From: a virus | Lineage: Duplodnaviria; Heunggongvirae; Uroviricota; Caudoviricetes | Direction: 5' to 3' (one strand) | Length of the DNA: 64,000 bases | Virus record (IMG/VR): IMGVR_UViG_3300031413_000001 | In this document: one piece after another, positions 36,268 through 44,225 of the stretch | Position numbering within the stretch: the first letter of the stretch is position 1 | Layout: every line of letters begins with the position of its first letter | The notes under the pieces: model-generated | The model's input: only the letters and a program-made list of their open reading frames with translations | The model's database searches: none | What the model was told of the DNA's origin: nothing | Made by a program: the position numbers and the translations under genes

Positions 36268-36271
36268 ACAT

Positions 36272-36346
36272 GCGGGCATAGCTCAGTGGTAGAGCACTTC
36301 GTTGCCAACGAAGATGTCGTGGGTTCGAGCCCCATTGCCCGCTCCA
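36272..36346 (+). tRNA. tRNA-Gly(GCC)
   Basis: Canonical, CCA. Confidence 0.95.
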
Positions 36347-36347
36347 T

Positions 36348-36418
36348 ACTCAGTTAGCACAATGGCAGTGCGGTCGGCCGATTACCGATTGATGAGGGTT
36401 CGATTCCTTCACTGAGTA
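36348..36418 (+). tRNA. tRNA-Ile(GAT)
   Basis: actcagt/actgagt; C33. Confidence 0.75.
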
Positions 36419-36419
36419 C

Positions 36420-36704
36420 TGATCTTGCAAGTCGAGTTACAGCAGGGCAGAGATGCTTTGAGGAAGTTCGCGACTGGCGTGAGGGACGAGTGGGAGGTGG
36501 CCAAAAGCCATCGTAAGGGAAGAGACCACCGTGATTAAGCCAGCAAGCCAAATAGACCATGGCAATCCTTCAGCTATATGGTCGGGTTGGTGCAGCCAGA
36601 GAGCAGTAAGTTCTCATCGCGTAATGGCGAGGCACAAGGCCAGAAATGGTCGGGTAGGTAGATTGTAGCATAGAACAGGATCGCGGCTACAGACGGCAAG
36701 ATCA
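36420..36704 (+). ncRNA. rnpB: Putative RNase P RNA (compact)
   Basis: P1 tgatcttgc/gcaagatca; P2 gttacag/ttgtagc; P3 cagggc/gctttg; P4 agttcgcga/tcgcggct with bulged U; GAGGAAGU and AACAGGAUCGCGGCUA motifs. Confidence 0.75.
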
Positions 36705-36709
36705 AACAT

Positions 36710-36780
36710 GCGGGTATCGTATAATGGTATTACCTCAGCCTTCCAAGCTGATGACAGGGGTTCGATCCCCCTTACCCGCT
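36710..36780 (+). tRNA. tRNA-Gly(TCC)
   Basis: Cloverleaf, U73. Confidence 0.9.
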
Positions 36781-36784
36781 CATA

Positions 36785-36884
36785 GGCTCCACCCTCTGAT
36801 TGCGCCCTCGTGGTTCTTTCAAGGTCCCGTCTCGAGTACGAGGGGCACTATCGGCTACCTAGGAAGAGCTGATAGTTGGGAGTC
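36785..36884 (+). ncRNA. Candidate three-way-junction ncRNA
   Basis: ggctcc/ggagtc, ccctcgt/acgaggg, ctatcggct/agctgatag. Confidence 0.4.
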
Positions 36885-36888
36885 ATCT

Positions 36889-36962
36889 GCGGGTATGATG
36901 TAATGGTAGCTTGACACCTTGCCATGGTGTACGCGGGGGTTCGATTCCCCCTACCCGCTCCA
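36889..36962 (+). tRNA. tRNA-Gly(GCC), second copy
   Basis: Cloverleaf, CCA. Confidence 0.9.
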
Positions 36963-37091
36963 AGGTTCGTAACGAGACGGTCCGGGATTCATGAGTCCCT
37001 GGGCACGGCGTGGAGCGAAGGGTTGGCCGGCAATGTATAGAACGTTGTGACGAGGCAGCCGGTGTGGGGTGTGGATACCCATTACGAACTT
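36963..37091 (+). ncRNA. Candidate multibranch ncRNA
   Basis: aggttcgtaa/ttacgaactt closing stem; gggatt/agtccc, gccgg/ccggt, tggggt/acccca. Confidence 0.45.
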
Positions 37092-37097
37092 TAACAT

Positions 37098-37173
37098 GGC
37101 CCCATGACGGAATGGGAATCGTGACCGCCTGCAAAGCGGATCTATGTGGGTTCAATTCCCACTGGGGCCTCCA
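37098..37173 (+). tRNA. tRNA-Cys(GCA)
   Basis: Cloverleaf, U73, CCA. Confidence 0.9.
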
Positions 37174-37227
37174 ACGTTTGTTGTATCGTGCATCCAAGTC
37201 CCGTCTGATGGGAAGAGGAGAAACAAT

Positions 37228-37563
37228 ATGGCAAAGTTGAGCAAAGCTGTTCTGCAAAGGCAGCAAAAAGTAGATTACGTCGCCACCCTAGGTGAAGATG
37301 AAAGTCTCGATCTGGACAAGATCATCGCAGAGCACGGCCCTGGACTAACAATCCACTGGGAAAGTGGCTACTATGATGATCCCGGAAGTGTCACCATTCG
37401 TCGCATCCGTGAGGAGTCCGACGATGAATATGAGGCACGACTTGAACTGTTCCGTCAGATGGAACGCGACGCTCGGAACACCGTGAAAGCGGCTGCTGAG
37501 CGAAAGCTGATGGAAGAGCGGGCAACTTACGAGCGACTCCGCAAAAAGTTCGAGGACCAATAA
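37228..37563 (+). CDS. Hypothetical protein
   Basis: gaggag RBS. Confidence 0.75.
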   Translation: MAKLSKAVLQRQQKVDYVATLGEDESLDLDKIIAEHGPGLTIHWESGYYDDPGSVTIRRIREESDDEYEARLELFRQMERDARNTVKAAAERKLMEERATYERLRKKFEDQ

Positions 37564-37641
37564 GCCGTAAGGGGACACGCTTTAGGCGTTCTGGCAAACA
37601 GGAACTCACCCACTGGGGAGCAAAAGTCCTGGTCCCCATAT

Positions 37642-37714
37642 GCAACTCTGGCAGTGATGGTTCATGCGCCGGACTGAAAATCCGAGAATGTGGGTTCGAT
37701 CCCCACGGGTTGCA
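37642..37714 (+). tRNA. tRNA-Phe(GAA), second copy
   Basis: Cloverleaf. Confidence 0.85.
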
Positions 37715-37743
37715 CAAGTTGACAACAGTCCATCCAGACAGTA

Positions 37744-38019
37744 ATGTCTAGTATGACTTTTGAACGCTTTGAAGATTATGTGAAGACAATGGGTGGCGCG
37801 GCAATCTGCGTTCACCTTTTTATCACACAGCTTCTCTTTGGTTTGATCATGCAGCGGCCGGATTTGGTAAGCCAAGTCCAATGGCCCCTCGCAGGATTAG
37901 CTTTGCTTTGGGGCTGGATGGTGGTTCGCCGCTCCCCAGCCACACAGTATGTTCGTTGTCCAACGTGCCACAGTCGAGTGGACGAAAAGACTATTGACAT
38001 GCCGAGCAAAGAGCCATAA
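37744..38019 (+). CDS. Hypothetical membrane protein
   Basis: Two TM helices, CxxC. Confidence 0.55.
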   Translation: MSSMTFERFEDYVKTMGGAAICVHLFITQLLFGLIMQRPDLVSQVQWPLAGLALLWGWMVVRRSPATQYVRCPTCHSRVDEKTIDMPSKEP

Positions 38020-38027
38020 GTTAGTGT

Positions 38028-38101
<74 letters not shown>

Positions 38102-38155
38102 CTTAGACCAAGAATGCAGGATAGCGTTATGCCTAGATTGATATGCTTGGTCGAT

Positions 38156-38345
38156 GGTCACCGATGGGTAACCAGTGGAGGCGGCAGAATTATCTGTAGC
38201 GTCTGCCGGAAGCCCCGACCCTGGTAACAACGCACGGGCCGGACAGTCTGGGTTATCTCAAACTCAAACTTTGAACAAACCCCCAGATTACCAACTTGTC
38301 CGTGTTTTTAACTTCAGTGAAACCCATCTTAAATATCCGGTCACC
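38156..38345 (+). ncRNA. Candidate structured ncRNA
   Basis: gatgggt/acccatc, cggaca/tgtccg, tctggg/cccaga long-range stems. Confidence 0.35.
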
Positions 38346-38363
38346 AGAAAAGGAGATCGGCTT

Positions 38364-38615
38364 ATGTACAATGTGGTTCCTGCACTCGACGCGCTCAAGC
38401 TCGTTGGCGTAAACGCCAAGGATTGGATCATCAAGGCTGCAAAGTCCAAGACGATCTGGTTCTCGGCTGCTCTCACTGTTTTCGGTGCCGTGGAGGGTTT
38501 TCTTCCACAGATGGCAACAGTCCTTGGATCGCACTACGGCGCGGTTATCTCGGTTGTTGGTGTTATCACCGGCTTGCTTCGCTTTGCAACTACGGACGCA
38601 ATCGCGGACAAGTAA
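38364..38615 (+). CDS. Small membrane protein, holin-like
   Basis: KSKTIW followed by two TM helices; aggag RBS. Confidence 0.6.
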   Translation: MYNVVPALDALKLVGVNAKDWIIKAAKSKTIWFSAALTVFGAVEGFLPQMATVLGSHYGAVISVVGVITGLLRFATTDAIADK

Positions 38616-38645
38616 TAAAGTCCTGGGCTCCGGCCCAGGCAACAT

Positions 38646-38715
38646 GCCCCGTCCAGCGGATCTGGTGATTGGCCTTCGAAGCCGATTTACGATGGTTCAA
38701 CTCCATCCCGGGGCT
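38646..38715 (+). tRNA. tRNA-Arg(TCG)
   Basis: cttcgaa loop. Confidence 0.75.
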
Positions 38716-38719
38716 CTTT

Positions 38720-38822
38720 GCAGTCGTAGCTCAGTGTTGTCCTTCAAGTTTCTGCAGGAACTCGGACATTGGAATGAGCGCCGGTAGCCCGGAGGTCGGG
38801 GGTTCGATTCCCTCCTGCTGCA
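38720..38822 (+). tRNA. Atypical tRNA-like RNA: large D-loop insert, 4-nt anticodon loop
   Basis: D stem gctc/gagc around a ~43-nt insert; ccgg-tagc-ccgg; canonical T arm. Confidence 0.55.
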
Positions 38823-38826
38823 CTTT

Positions 38827-38900
38827 GCATCTATAGATCAGCTGGATAGATCGTTGCCCTCCGAAGGCAAAGGCCGTTGGTTCGAATCCAACTAGATGCG
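38827..38900 (+). tRNA. tRNA-Arg(CCG)
   Basis: Canonical. Confidence 0.9.
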
Positions 38901-38935
38901 CTTGACAAGCGGTGTAGAGCTGCTAGTTAAAAGAT

Positions 38936-39080
38936 CGATACGAGGGTGGTCCTCTGGGAAATTACCACCTGGAGGAAAGCGGCCCTCTTGGACGAGGCTG
39001 GGTGAGGCGACGGGACTGGTAACTCGTTGCAAGAGACCAGATACTCCAAGAGACTCTCCTGCTTTCACAGCCCTTGTATC
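38936..39080 (+). ncRNA. Candidate rod-shaped ncRNA (6S-like architecture)
   Basis: gatacgagggt/gcccttgtatc, gaaagcgg/ctgctttc, tcttgga/tccaaga, ctggt/accag; promoter at 38902. Confidence 0.45.
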
Positions 39081-39084
39081 TTAC

Positions 39085-39157
39085 GCCGGTTTAACTCAGT
39101 TGGTAGAGTGCCACCTTTGTAACGTGGATGTCAGGGGTTCGATTCCTCTAACCGGCA
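39085..39157 (+). tRNA. tRNA-Thr(TGT)
   Basis: Cloverleaf. Confidence 0.9.
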
Positions 39158-39231
39158 CTGTGGCCCCTAGTGGGCGAGGGTGGGTCGCCCCCATCTAAAG
39201 CGGGTACGCTATGAACATTGGGTACCAACAT

Positions 39232-39302
39232 GCCTTTATCGTTTAGTGGTAAGACAACGGATTCGTAACCCGTAAACCAGAGTTCGATTCTCTGTGAAGG
39301 CA
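39232..39302 (+). tRNA. tRNA-Thr(CGT)
   Basis: Cloverleaf. Confidence 0.8.
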
Positions 39303-39470
39303 CCGACCAAGAGAGTTAACGCCGTAGGCCCACTGGGACGCCTTTGGAAGCATGGTATTACTGTTGGGCAAGCCCCTGGATATTTGGATTCCAGAAGGTA
39401 AAGGAACCGGGTGTGGAAACTGGTCCTTGGTCGCTTGACACCCTGTACTCCTGATGTTATTCAGGATTCC

Positions 39471-39734
39471 ATGTATAAGGGAACCTTCCGACACGACGAC
39501 TACGTCCACCCCCGATTGTTAAATCGGATGGGTCGTGAGGGTATCAATCTGCGGATTGAGGTCACTTTTGCCATAAGCAAAGAGTGGAAGGCGACTTGGC
39601 TCCCCATCTATGAATGGTTGGCTGAACATCGCGTTTCCTACTGGACCTATAGCCCGTTTTCCACGGACTACAGGCGATACTTTGGGTTCGAGAGAGCCCA
39701 GGACGCCATGCTGTTTAAGCTGACGTTCGCATAA
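39471..39734 (+). CDS. Hypothetical protein (F..AQDAMLFKL family)
   Basis: C-terminal motif shared with other small ORFs. Confidence 0.65.
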   Translation: MYKGTFRHDDYVHPRLLNRMGREGINLRIEVTFAISKEWKATWLPIYEWLAEHRVSYWTYSPFSTDYRRYFGFERAQDAMLFKLTFA

Positions 39735-39735
39735 C

Positions 39736-39803
39736 GCTCCAACCAATGGATGGAGGCGGTCCTCCTAAGACTGCCCTTGTAGGTTCGACTCCCACTTGGA
39801 GCA
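39736..39803 (+). tRNA. tRNA-Arg(CCT), reduced D arm
   Basis: gcggtc-ctcctaa-gactgc. Confidence 0.55.
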
Positions 39804-39843
39804 CTTGGCATAAGTAGATTGCAACTCAACAGGAGTAACTTTT

Positions 39844-39939
39844 ATGTTCAAGAAGATTTTCGAATTCGTCATTGCCAAGAAGCTGATTGAAAAGGTGCTC
39901 GCAAAGCGCGCAGCAAAGAAGAATCAGCCAAGGGTATAA
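39844..39939 (+). CDS. 31-aa cationic amphipathic peptide
   Basis: aggag RBS; MFKKIFEFVIAKKLIEKVLAKRAAKKNQPRV. Confidence 0.55.
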   Translation: MFKKIFEFVIAKKLIEKVLAKRAAKKNQPRV

Positions 39940-39979
39940 TTGACTTACGGCTAACCAAGCTGTAGAACAAGAATATGAT

Positions 39980-40052
39980 CGGCGGACCGATCGTTTAGGG
40001 TTATCGCATTGGAAGCACTGGTATGTGGGTTCGAGTCCCACCTCCCCGACCA
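39980..40052 (+). pseudogene. Degenerate tRNA-Pro(TGG)
   Basis: T arm and CCA intact; anticodon stem mostly lost. Confidence 0.5.
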
Positions 40053-40123
40053 CATGACGGGGAGTAGGCCAATTGGATGAGCCGGTTTACATCCTATTCA
40101 ACACTTGTCCGCCGATTATACAT

Positions 40124-40196
40124 GGTCCATTGGAGAAGCGGAGTTCTCGCCACCCTGTCACGGTGGAGATCACGGGTTCGATCCCCGTATGGATCG
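40124..40196 (+). tRNA. tRNA-Asp(GTC), second copy
   Basis: ccacc-ctgtcac-ggtgg. Confidence 0.9.
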
Positions 40197-40199
40197 CTG

Positions 40200-40345
40200 A
40201 ATCAAGAACCGATGGCCTTGGGTTATCGAAAACTAGCTGACCTTGGTCATGTAGGTTCGAGTCCTACCGTTCCGACTTTGACGGAACGTGGCGGAATTTG
40301 GCAGACGCGGCTATTATATCCAGAGCAAACAACTTGTTCTTGATT
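40200..40345 (+). ncRNA. Second YrlA-like Y RNA (permuted Leu-type tRNA module)
   Basis: aatcaagaa/ttcttgatt; CCGAUGG / CAACUUG; T arm, cgttccg-7nt-cggaacg, D arm. Confidence 0.75.
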
Positions 40346-40352
40346 CAATCTT

Positions 40353-40440
40353 GGAAGATTAATTGGACTGGGTCCAAACCTGCCTCGAAAACAGTGTGTG
40401 CGGCTAATACCCGTATGGAGTTCGATTCTCCAGTCTTCCG
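40353..40440 (+). tRNA. tRNA-Ser(CGA)
   Basis: Long arm, G73. Confidence 0.75.
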
Positions 40441-40443
40441 CTT

Positions 40444-40686
40444 ATGACATGGAACGATTATCCACTGATCAAGCCCGATACCAAGGGCTACTATATGACC
40501 GTCTATTTTGATCCCCTGGCGTGCCGGGAGTATTGGAAGGCCATATGGTATGATCCAAAGGATGATCGCTGGTGGCCTTGGCGTCTAAGCCAAGACAATC
40601 CCGAGGTCATAAAGTTTGTACCAGAATCACGGCATGATTACTATGTGCCTTGCGTGATGTGGTATGAACAAAATCATGGAAAGTAA
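40444..40686 (+). CDS. Hypothetical protein
   Basis: 80 aa aromatic-rich ORF. Confidence 0.55.
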   Translation: MTWNDYPLIKPDTKGYYMTVYFDPLACREYWKAIWYDPKDDRWWPWRLSQDNPEVIKFVPESRHDYYVPCVMWYEQNHGK

Positions 40687-40763
40687 ACTGCACAGGGTGT
40701 AGCACTGATTGGAAATCAGTTGGGACCGCAAGGTCTGGGGTTCGAGTCCCCTGCTTTCCTCCA
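40678..40763 (+). tRNA. tRNA-Ser(GGA)
   Basis: actga-ttggaaa-tcagt; long arm; CCA. Confidence 0.8.
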
Positions 40764-40764
40764 T

Positions 40765-40842
40765 CAGGGTGTGAGCTAATTGGTAAGCTGTCTCCTTTGG
40801 AAGGAGGACATCGTGGGGGTTCGAGTCCCTTCACCCTGACCA
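40765..40842 (+). tRNA. tRNA-Pro(TGG)
   Basis: C1:G72, A73, CCA. Confidence 0.85.
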
Positions 40843-40844
40843 AT

Positions 40845-40875
40845 GCGGCGCTGGCGAAAGCTGGCGTCGCTTTTT
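40845..40875 (+). terminator. Terminator closing the tRNA array
   Basis: gcggcgctggc-gaaa-gctggcgtcgc followed by ttttt. Confidence 0.75.
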
Positions 40876-40949
40876 CCATGAATGAGCGGTTGCGAACACT
40901 GGTGTTCTGTTCTATTGCTACTGAACAACAACAATAGGAAACACAGAAC

Positions 40950-41234
40950 ATGGCCGACGGACTGCAGAACAAGAAGATCGTACTCACCGAAACCGTTTCG
41001 CGCCTCGCGGTGGTCGAAGGTCGGCTCAAGGCGCTGACCAACATGGATCCCCAGAATCCTGAGACGGCGCGCTTTCAGATGATTCGCGACGATCTGGCCG
41101 GCCAGCTGACCGAGGACGAACTCGCAGCATACGAGAAGAGCAAGAACAAGGAGCTCACCCCCAAGGAAAAGAAGGAGGCCGCAGAGCGCCTTCGCTTGGA
41201 GATGGAAGCAAATCGCGACAAGCCTTCGATCTAA
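40950..41234 (+). CDS. Hypothetical protein
   Basis: Strong codon bias. Confidence 0.75.
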   Translation: MADGLQNKKIVLTETVSRLAVVEGRLKALTNMDPQNPETARFQMIRDDLAGQLTEDELAAYEKSKNKELTPKEKKEAAERLRLEMEANRDKPSI

Positions 41235-41323
41235 GCGCGCTGGGGCCCCACGCTGATAGTGTGGGGCCTTTTCGTACCTCTGACTATATTGATCCCGCGG
41301 ATCATGTCGTATAGGACGTCCAC

Positions 41324-41470
41324 ATGGAAACCATCACACTAGAGCTCGATCACGATCTTCTCCACAAGCTGATGCTTATGGCACACGAGCGTGACATCAC
41401 GTTAAACCAGCTGTTCAATGATGTCGTGCGCCAGTATATCGATGATATGCCAGAGTCGCCCGAAAAATAA
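41324..41470 (+). CDS. Small ribbon-helix-helix-like protein
   Basis: METITLELDHDLLHKLMLMAHERDITLNQLFNDVVRQYI. Confidence 0.55.
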   Translation: METITLELDHDLLHKLMLMAHERDITLNQLFNDVVRQYIDDMPESPEK

Positions 41471-41555
41471 AACGCAGATTAACTTGCCTGCTCTTGTAAT
41501 CCATGGTGCCAGTGGTTAAAACACTCTGCACTATAGAAATACGGAGTCCTCAAAG

Positions 41556-41714
41556 ATGGAAATCAAACCAATCGCGCACAAATGCTTTGCAGTTCGAGAA
41601 CTGAATCGCGATGTGGCCACCTTTGACAGGCTTGTCAGTACCCTCAGGTCCCGAGGTGTGGATGTAACTATCCTGCCCGATCAGGGTCAGGAAAAGCGTT
41701 TCTGTATCGCCTGA
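41556..41714 (+). CDS. Small hypothetical protein
   Basis: 52 aa ORF after ggag. Confidence 0.4.
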   Translation: MEIKPIAHKCFAVRELNRDVATFDRLVSTLRSRGVDVTILPDQGQEKRFCIA

Positions 41715-41795
41715 ATGTAGACGCGCAGAACTCCCCAGTGTTATAAATATATGAAACGGGTTGCAAGACCCGATGTTTATATTGGGAGGACTGTT

Positions 41796-41987
41796 ATGTC
41801 TCTTTTGTCGCTTATCGTTCTACTCGCTGTTCTGATCGCTATTGGTTGGGTCGCAGCTTGGGTCGCAGACCGCTTTCTGCCATATCCTGGCAACATGATC
41901 GCAAAGGTCATCGTTGGTGTCCTCTTGCTGGTAGTTCTGCTCCAGAAGACGGGTCTAATCGACGGTCTCGGCAGCGTAACGCTCTAA
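41796..41987 (+). CDS. Small two-TM membrane protein
   Basis: ggagga RBS; TATAAATA upstream. Confidence 0.7.
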   Translation: MSLLSLIVLLAVLIAIGWVAAWVADRFLPYPGNMIAKVIVGVLLLVVLLQKTGLIDGLGSVTL

Positions 41988-42084
41988 GACGAATAAAGCG
42001 GGAAGAGGAAACTCTTCCCGCTTTTTCCATGAGTATTGTCCAACGAGCACCAGCAATGCTAGAAAGCGGTATGGAAAACACATC

Positions 42085-42465
42085 ATGCTAGGCTGGCTCT
42101 TTGTTCCAATCATCTGGCTTGTCAGCTGGCTGGAGGGCGCACCACCGCGTACCAGTGCTCAGTTCTGTCTGGTCTTTCTGCAGATCCATTACGTGATCCG
42201 CATCTTTGCTAACCTAATCATGGATCGAGATGCCGAGGATGCAAGGATTGAAAACTCCCGAAAGCATTTTGGCCGTCCATCGTTTCGCTGCTGGGTGGAC
42301 AAAGAGGGAAAACTCCACGTGGAAGGCGGAGAGGACCCCGATCATTCCACTCGATGTCAGCGATCACTGAATGAATGGTATGACACAGAAAGCCGTCTAA
42401 AGTGGAACAACTGGATCTATGGTGGATGGATCCTACTATTTGCCCTGATCCTCCATGTGTTGTAA
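42085..42465 (+). CDS. Hypothetical membrane protein
   Basis: Hydrophobic segments. Confidence 0.55.
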   Translation: MLGWLFVPIIWLVSWLEGAPPRTSAQFCLVFLQIHYVIRIFANLIMDRDAEDARIENSRKHFGRPSFRCWVDKEGKLHVEGGEDPDHSTRCQRSLNEWYDTESRLKWNNWIYGGWILLFALILHVL

Positions 42466-42474
42466 GAACGTCCC

Positions 42475-42663
42475 ATGAGAAACATCCAGCAGTATCCGCT
42501 CACCGACGAGGAAATCTTTCAGTGGCTGAACCAGAAGATGGCGGAAGAGGAAGCAAGCCAGAGGGTGGGTGGAATGGACGGACTGATCCTCCAGGCCCTG
42601 AAGTCGCGGGTGCAGAACAATCCCTTGGAGCCCGACGAGATCATGGCAAATCTCCACAACTGA
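42475..42663 (+). CDS. Small hypothetical protein
   Basis: 62 aa ORF. Confidence 0.5.
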   Translation: MRNIQQYPLTDEEIFQWLNQKMAEEEASQRVGGMDGLILQALKSRVQNNPLEPDEIMANLHN

Positions 42664-42889
42664 CCTATGACCCTCAGGAACGTGCTGCTGAAAAGGCACG
42701 CGCTCGGGAGCAGGACGAGGAGGACCTCAAGAGTGGAAAAGTCACGCCAGAACAGCTAAGTAAGCGTAACGGCTTCTTTTCCTCCCTAGACCTCCGGAAT
42801 GCCCGCATCGTGCGTCCACGAGGCAAATTCAAATAGGTTGACACCGGAAAAGGCGCCAGTATATTGGTGACAGTCTTAATGGAGGTCAT

Positions 42890-43582
42890 ATGGAACTAAC
42901 ACGCGGCGAGACCTATGATCAGGGTCTTCGCAATTACATGGTGGGCATCTACAACTGGCTCATCCTCGGCGTCCTGATCAGCGCCGCCGGTGCCTATGGT
43001 GGCATCGCGCTGGGTCTCCCGGCGTTCTTCGCAGCCCACAGTGGCTGGTTTCTCCTCGCACTCCTGGCTCCCCTGGGCATCGTGTTCTTCATGGCCAGCG
43101 GCCTGGAACGTGCCAGTGTAACTGCCCTGGCCGTGGCATTCATTGCCCTCACGGCCGTAGAAGGCATGACGCTTTCGCTGATCCTGAGTAAGGTAAGCGG
43201 CGTGCTGGTCCTGGAAGCGTTTATGATGACCGCAGTGGCATTCGCCGGCTGTAGTCTATACGGCTATACGACCGGGAAGTCGCTGAGCGGTCTGGGAACC
43301 ATCCTGCTGATGAGTCTCATTGGTCTGATCGTGGCCATGATCATGGGAATGTTCTTCCAGTCAACGGTGTTTCAGCTGATCATCTGCTTTGCAGGTCTGA
43401 TCATCTTCGCAGCCTTTATGGCCTACGATACGCAGAAGCTGAAGCAGGCATATCATCCGGGTATGAGCAGCGATGAGCGGGCTCGGGTCAGCTTGTGGGG
43501 CGCACTGGAGCTCTACTTGGATATCCTGAACTTCTTCCTCTTCGTCCTTCGCATCCTGGGCATCTTCAGCAGCGACGACTAA
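42890..43582 (+). CDS. Bax inhibitor-1 / YccA family membrane protein
   Basis: Seven TM helices; AYDTQKLK, ALELYLDILNFFLFVL. Confidence 0.95.
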   Translation: MELTRGETYDQGLRNYMVGIYNWLILGVLISAAGAYGGIALGLPAFFAAHSGWFLLALLAPLGIVFFMASGLERASVTALAVAFIALTAVEGMTLSLILSKVSGVLVLEAFMMTAVAFAGCSLYGYTTGKSLSGLGTILLMSLIGLIVAMIMGMFFQSTVFQLIICFAGLIIFAAFMAYDTQKLKQAYHPGMSSDERARVSLWGALELYLDILNFFLFVLRILGIFSSDD

Positions 43583-43597
43583 GAGCGGCACTCATGG

Positions 43598-43633
43598 AAA
43601 AAGGGACGGGAGAAATCCCGTCCCTTTTCTTTT
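43598..43633. terminator. Bidirectional terminator
   Basis: aaaaagggacggga-gaaa-tcccgtcccttttctttt between convergent genes. Confidence 0.85.
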
Positions 43634-43645
43634 GACTGATTGAGA

Positions 43646-44215
43646 TCAGCGAATGCGCTGAACGATTAGCTCACGTCCGCTCACTTCCTGCGGGGTACCA
43701 TCCCAGTAACCATACAGTCTGAGGGCGTCCCCAGCGTTCAGGGTGAGTGTTCGGTTGATCACCATAGTAAAGCGGCTAGCCCCACTTGCAGACACCGTGC
43801 TGGGCGTCTGAGACCAGATAAAGCCTGGACTATCAACGTTTGCGGTATCAATACCAATGCCCACGCTGGTGTTCAATGTCATCTCATCTTGGATACGAAC
43901 ACGACCTTGTACCTCATAGATTCCATCTTGTGGAACAATATAGGTGTTGGTGGCCTGATCCCATCCATCATGACTGTCTTGGACAATGGTGTTCAGGGGA
44001 ACGGTGGTAAAGTTCATCACCAGATTGAACAGCGTATTGCCGGATCCAATGAAGATTGGAAAGGAAGCCAGTGGCTTGTCCCAATACATTCCCTGTTGTG
44101 CTAGAGTAATGACATCGCCGGGAGAACCTCCAGTAGGGGTGAGCCTACTGGAGATTGCTGCGAACTGCTCCGCAACACGTTCAGCGAGTGCGGTGATCTG
44201 TGTTACGAGAGACAT
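43646..44215 (-). CDS. Tail-fibre-associated protein with a C1q-like beta domain
   Basis: GWDQATNTYIVPQDGIYEVQG; N-terminus similar to the next gene. Confidence 0.55.
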   Translation of the reverse strand: MSLVTQITALAERVAEQFAAISSRLTPTGGSPGDVITLAQQGMYWDKPLASFPIFIGSGNTLFNLVMNFTTVPLNTIVQDSHDGWDQATNTYIVPQDGIYEVQGRVRIQDEMTLNTSVGIGIDTANVDSPGFIWSQTPSTVSASGASRFTMVINRTLTLNAGDALRLYGYWDGTPQEVSGRELIVQRIR

Positions 44216-44225
44216 GTTCTACCTC

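Noticed and set aside
37571-37638. tRNA
   Set aside because: Has a ggggac/gtcccc stem and small hairpins but no T loop or CCA; too weak to call
40054-40115. Additional tRNA
   Set aside because: Only a D-arm-like fragment; no T arm or clean anticodon arm
42402-42836. 144-aa ORF
   Set aside because: Overlaps two better ORFs; only its 3-prime ~55 codons look coding and I found no clear start
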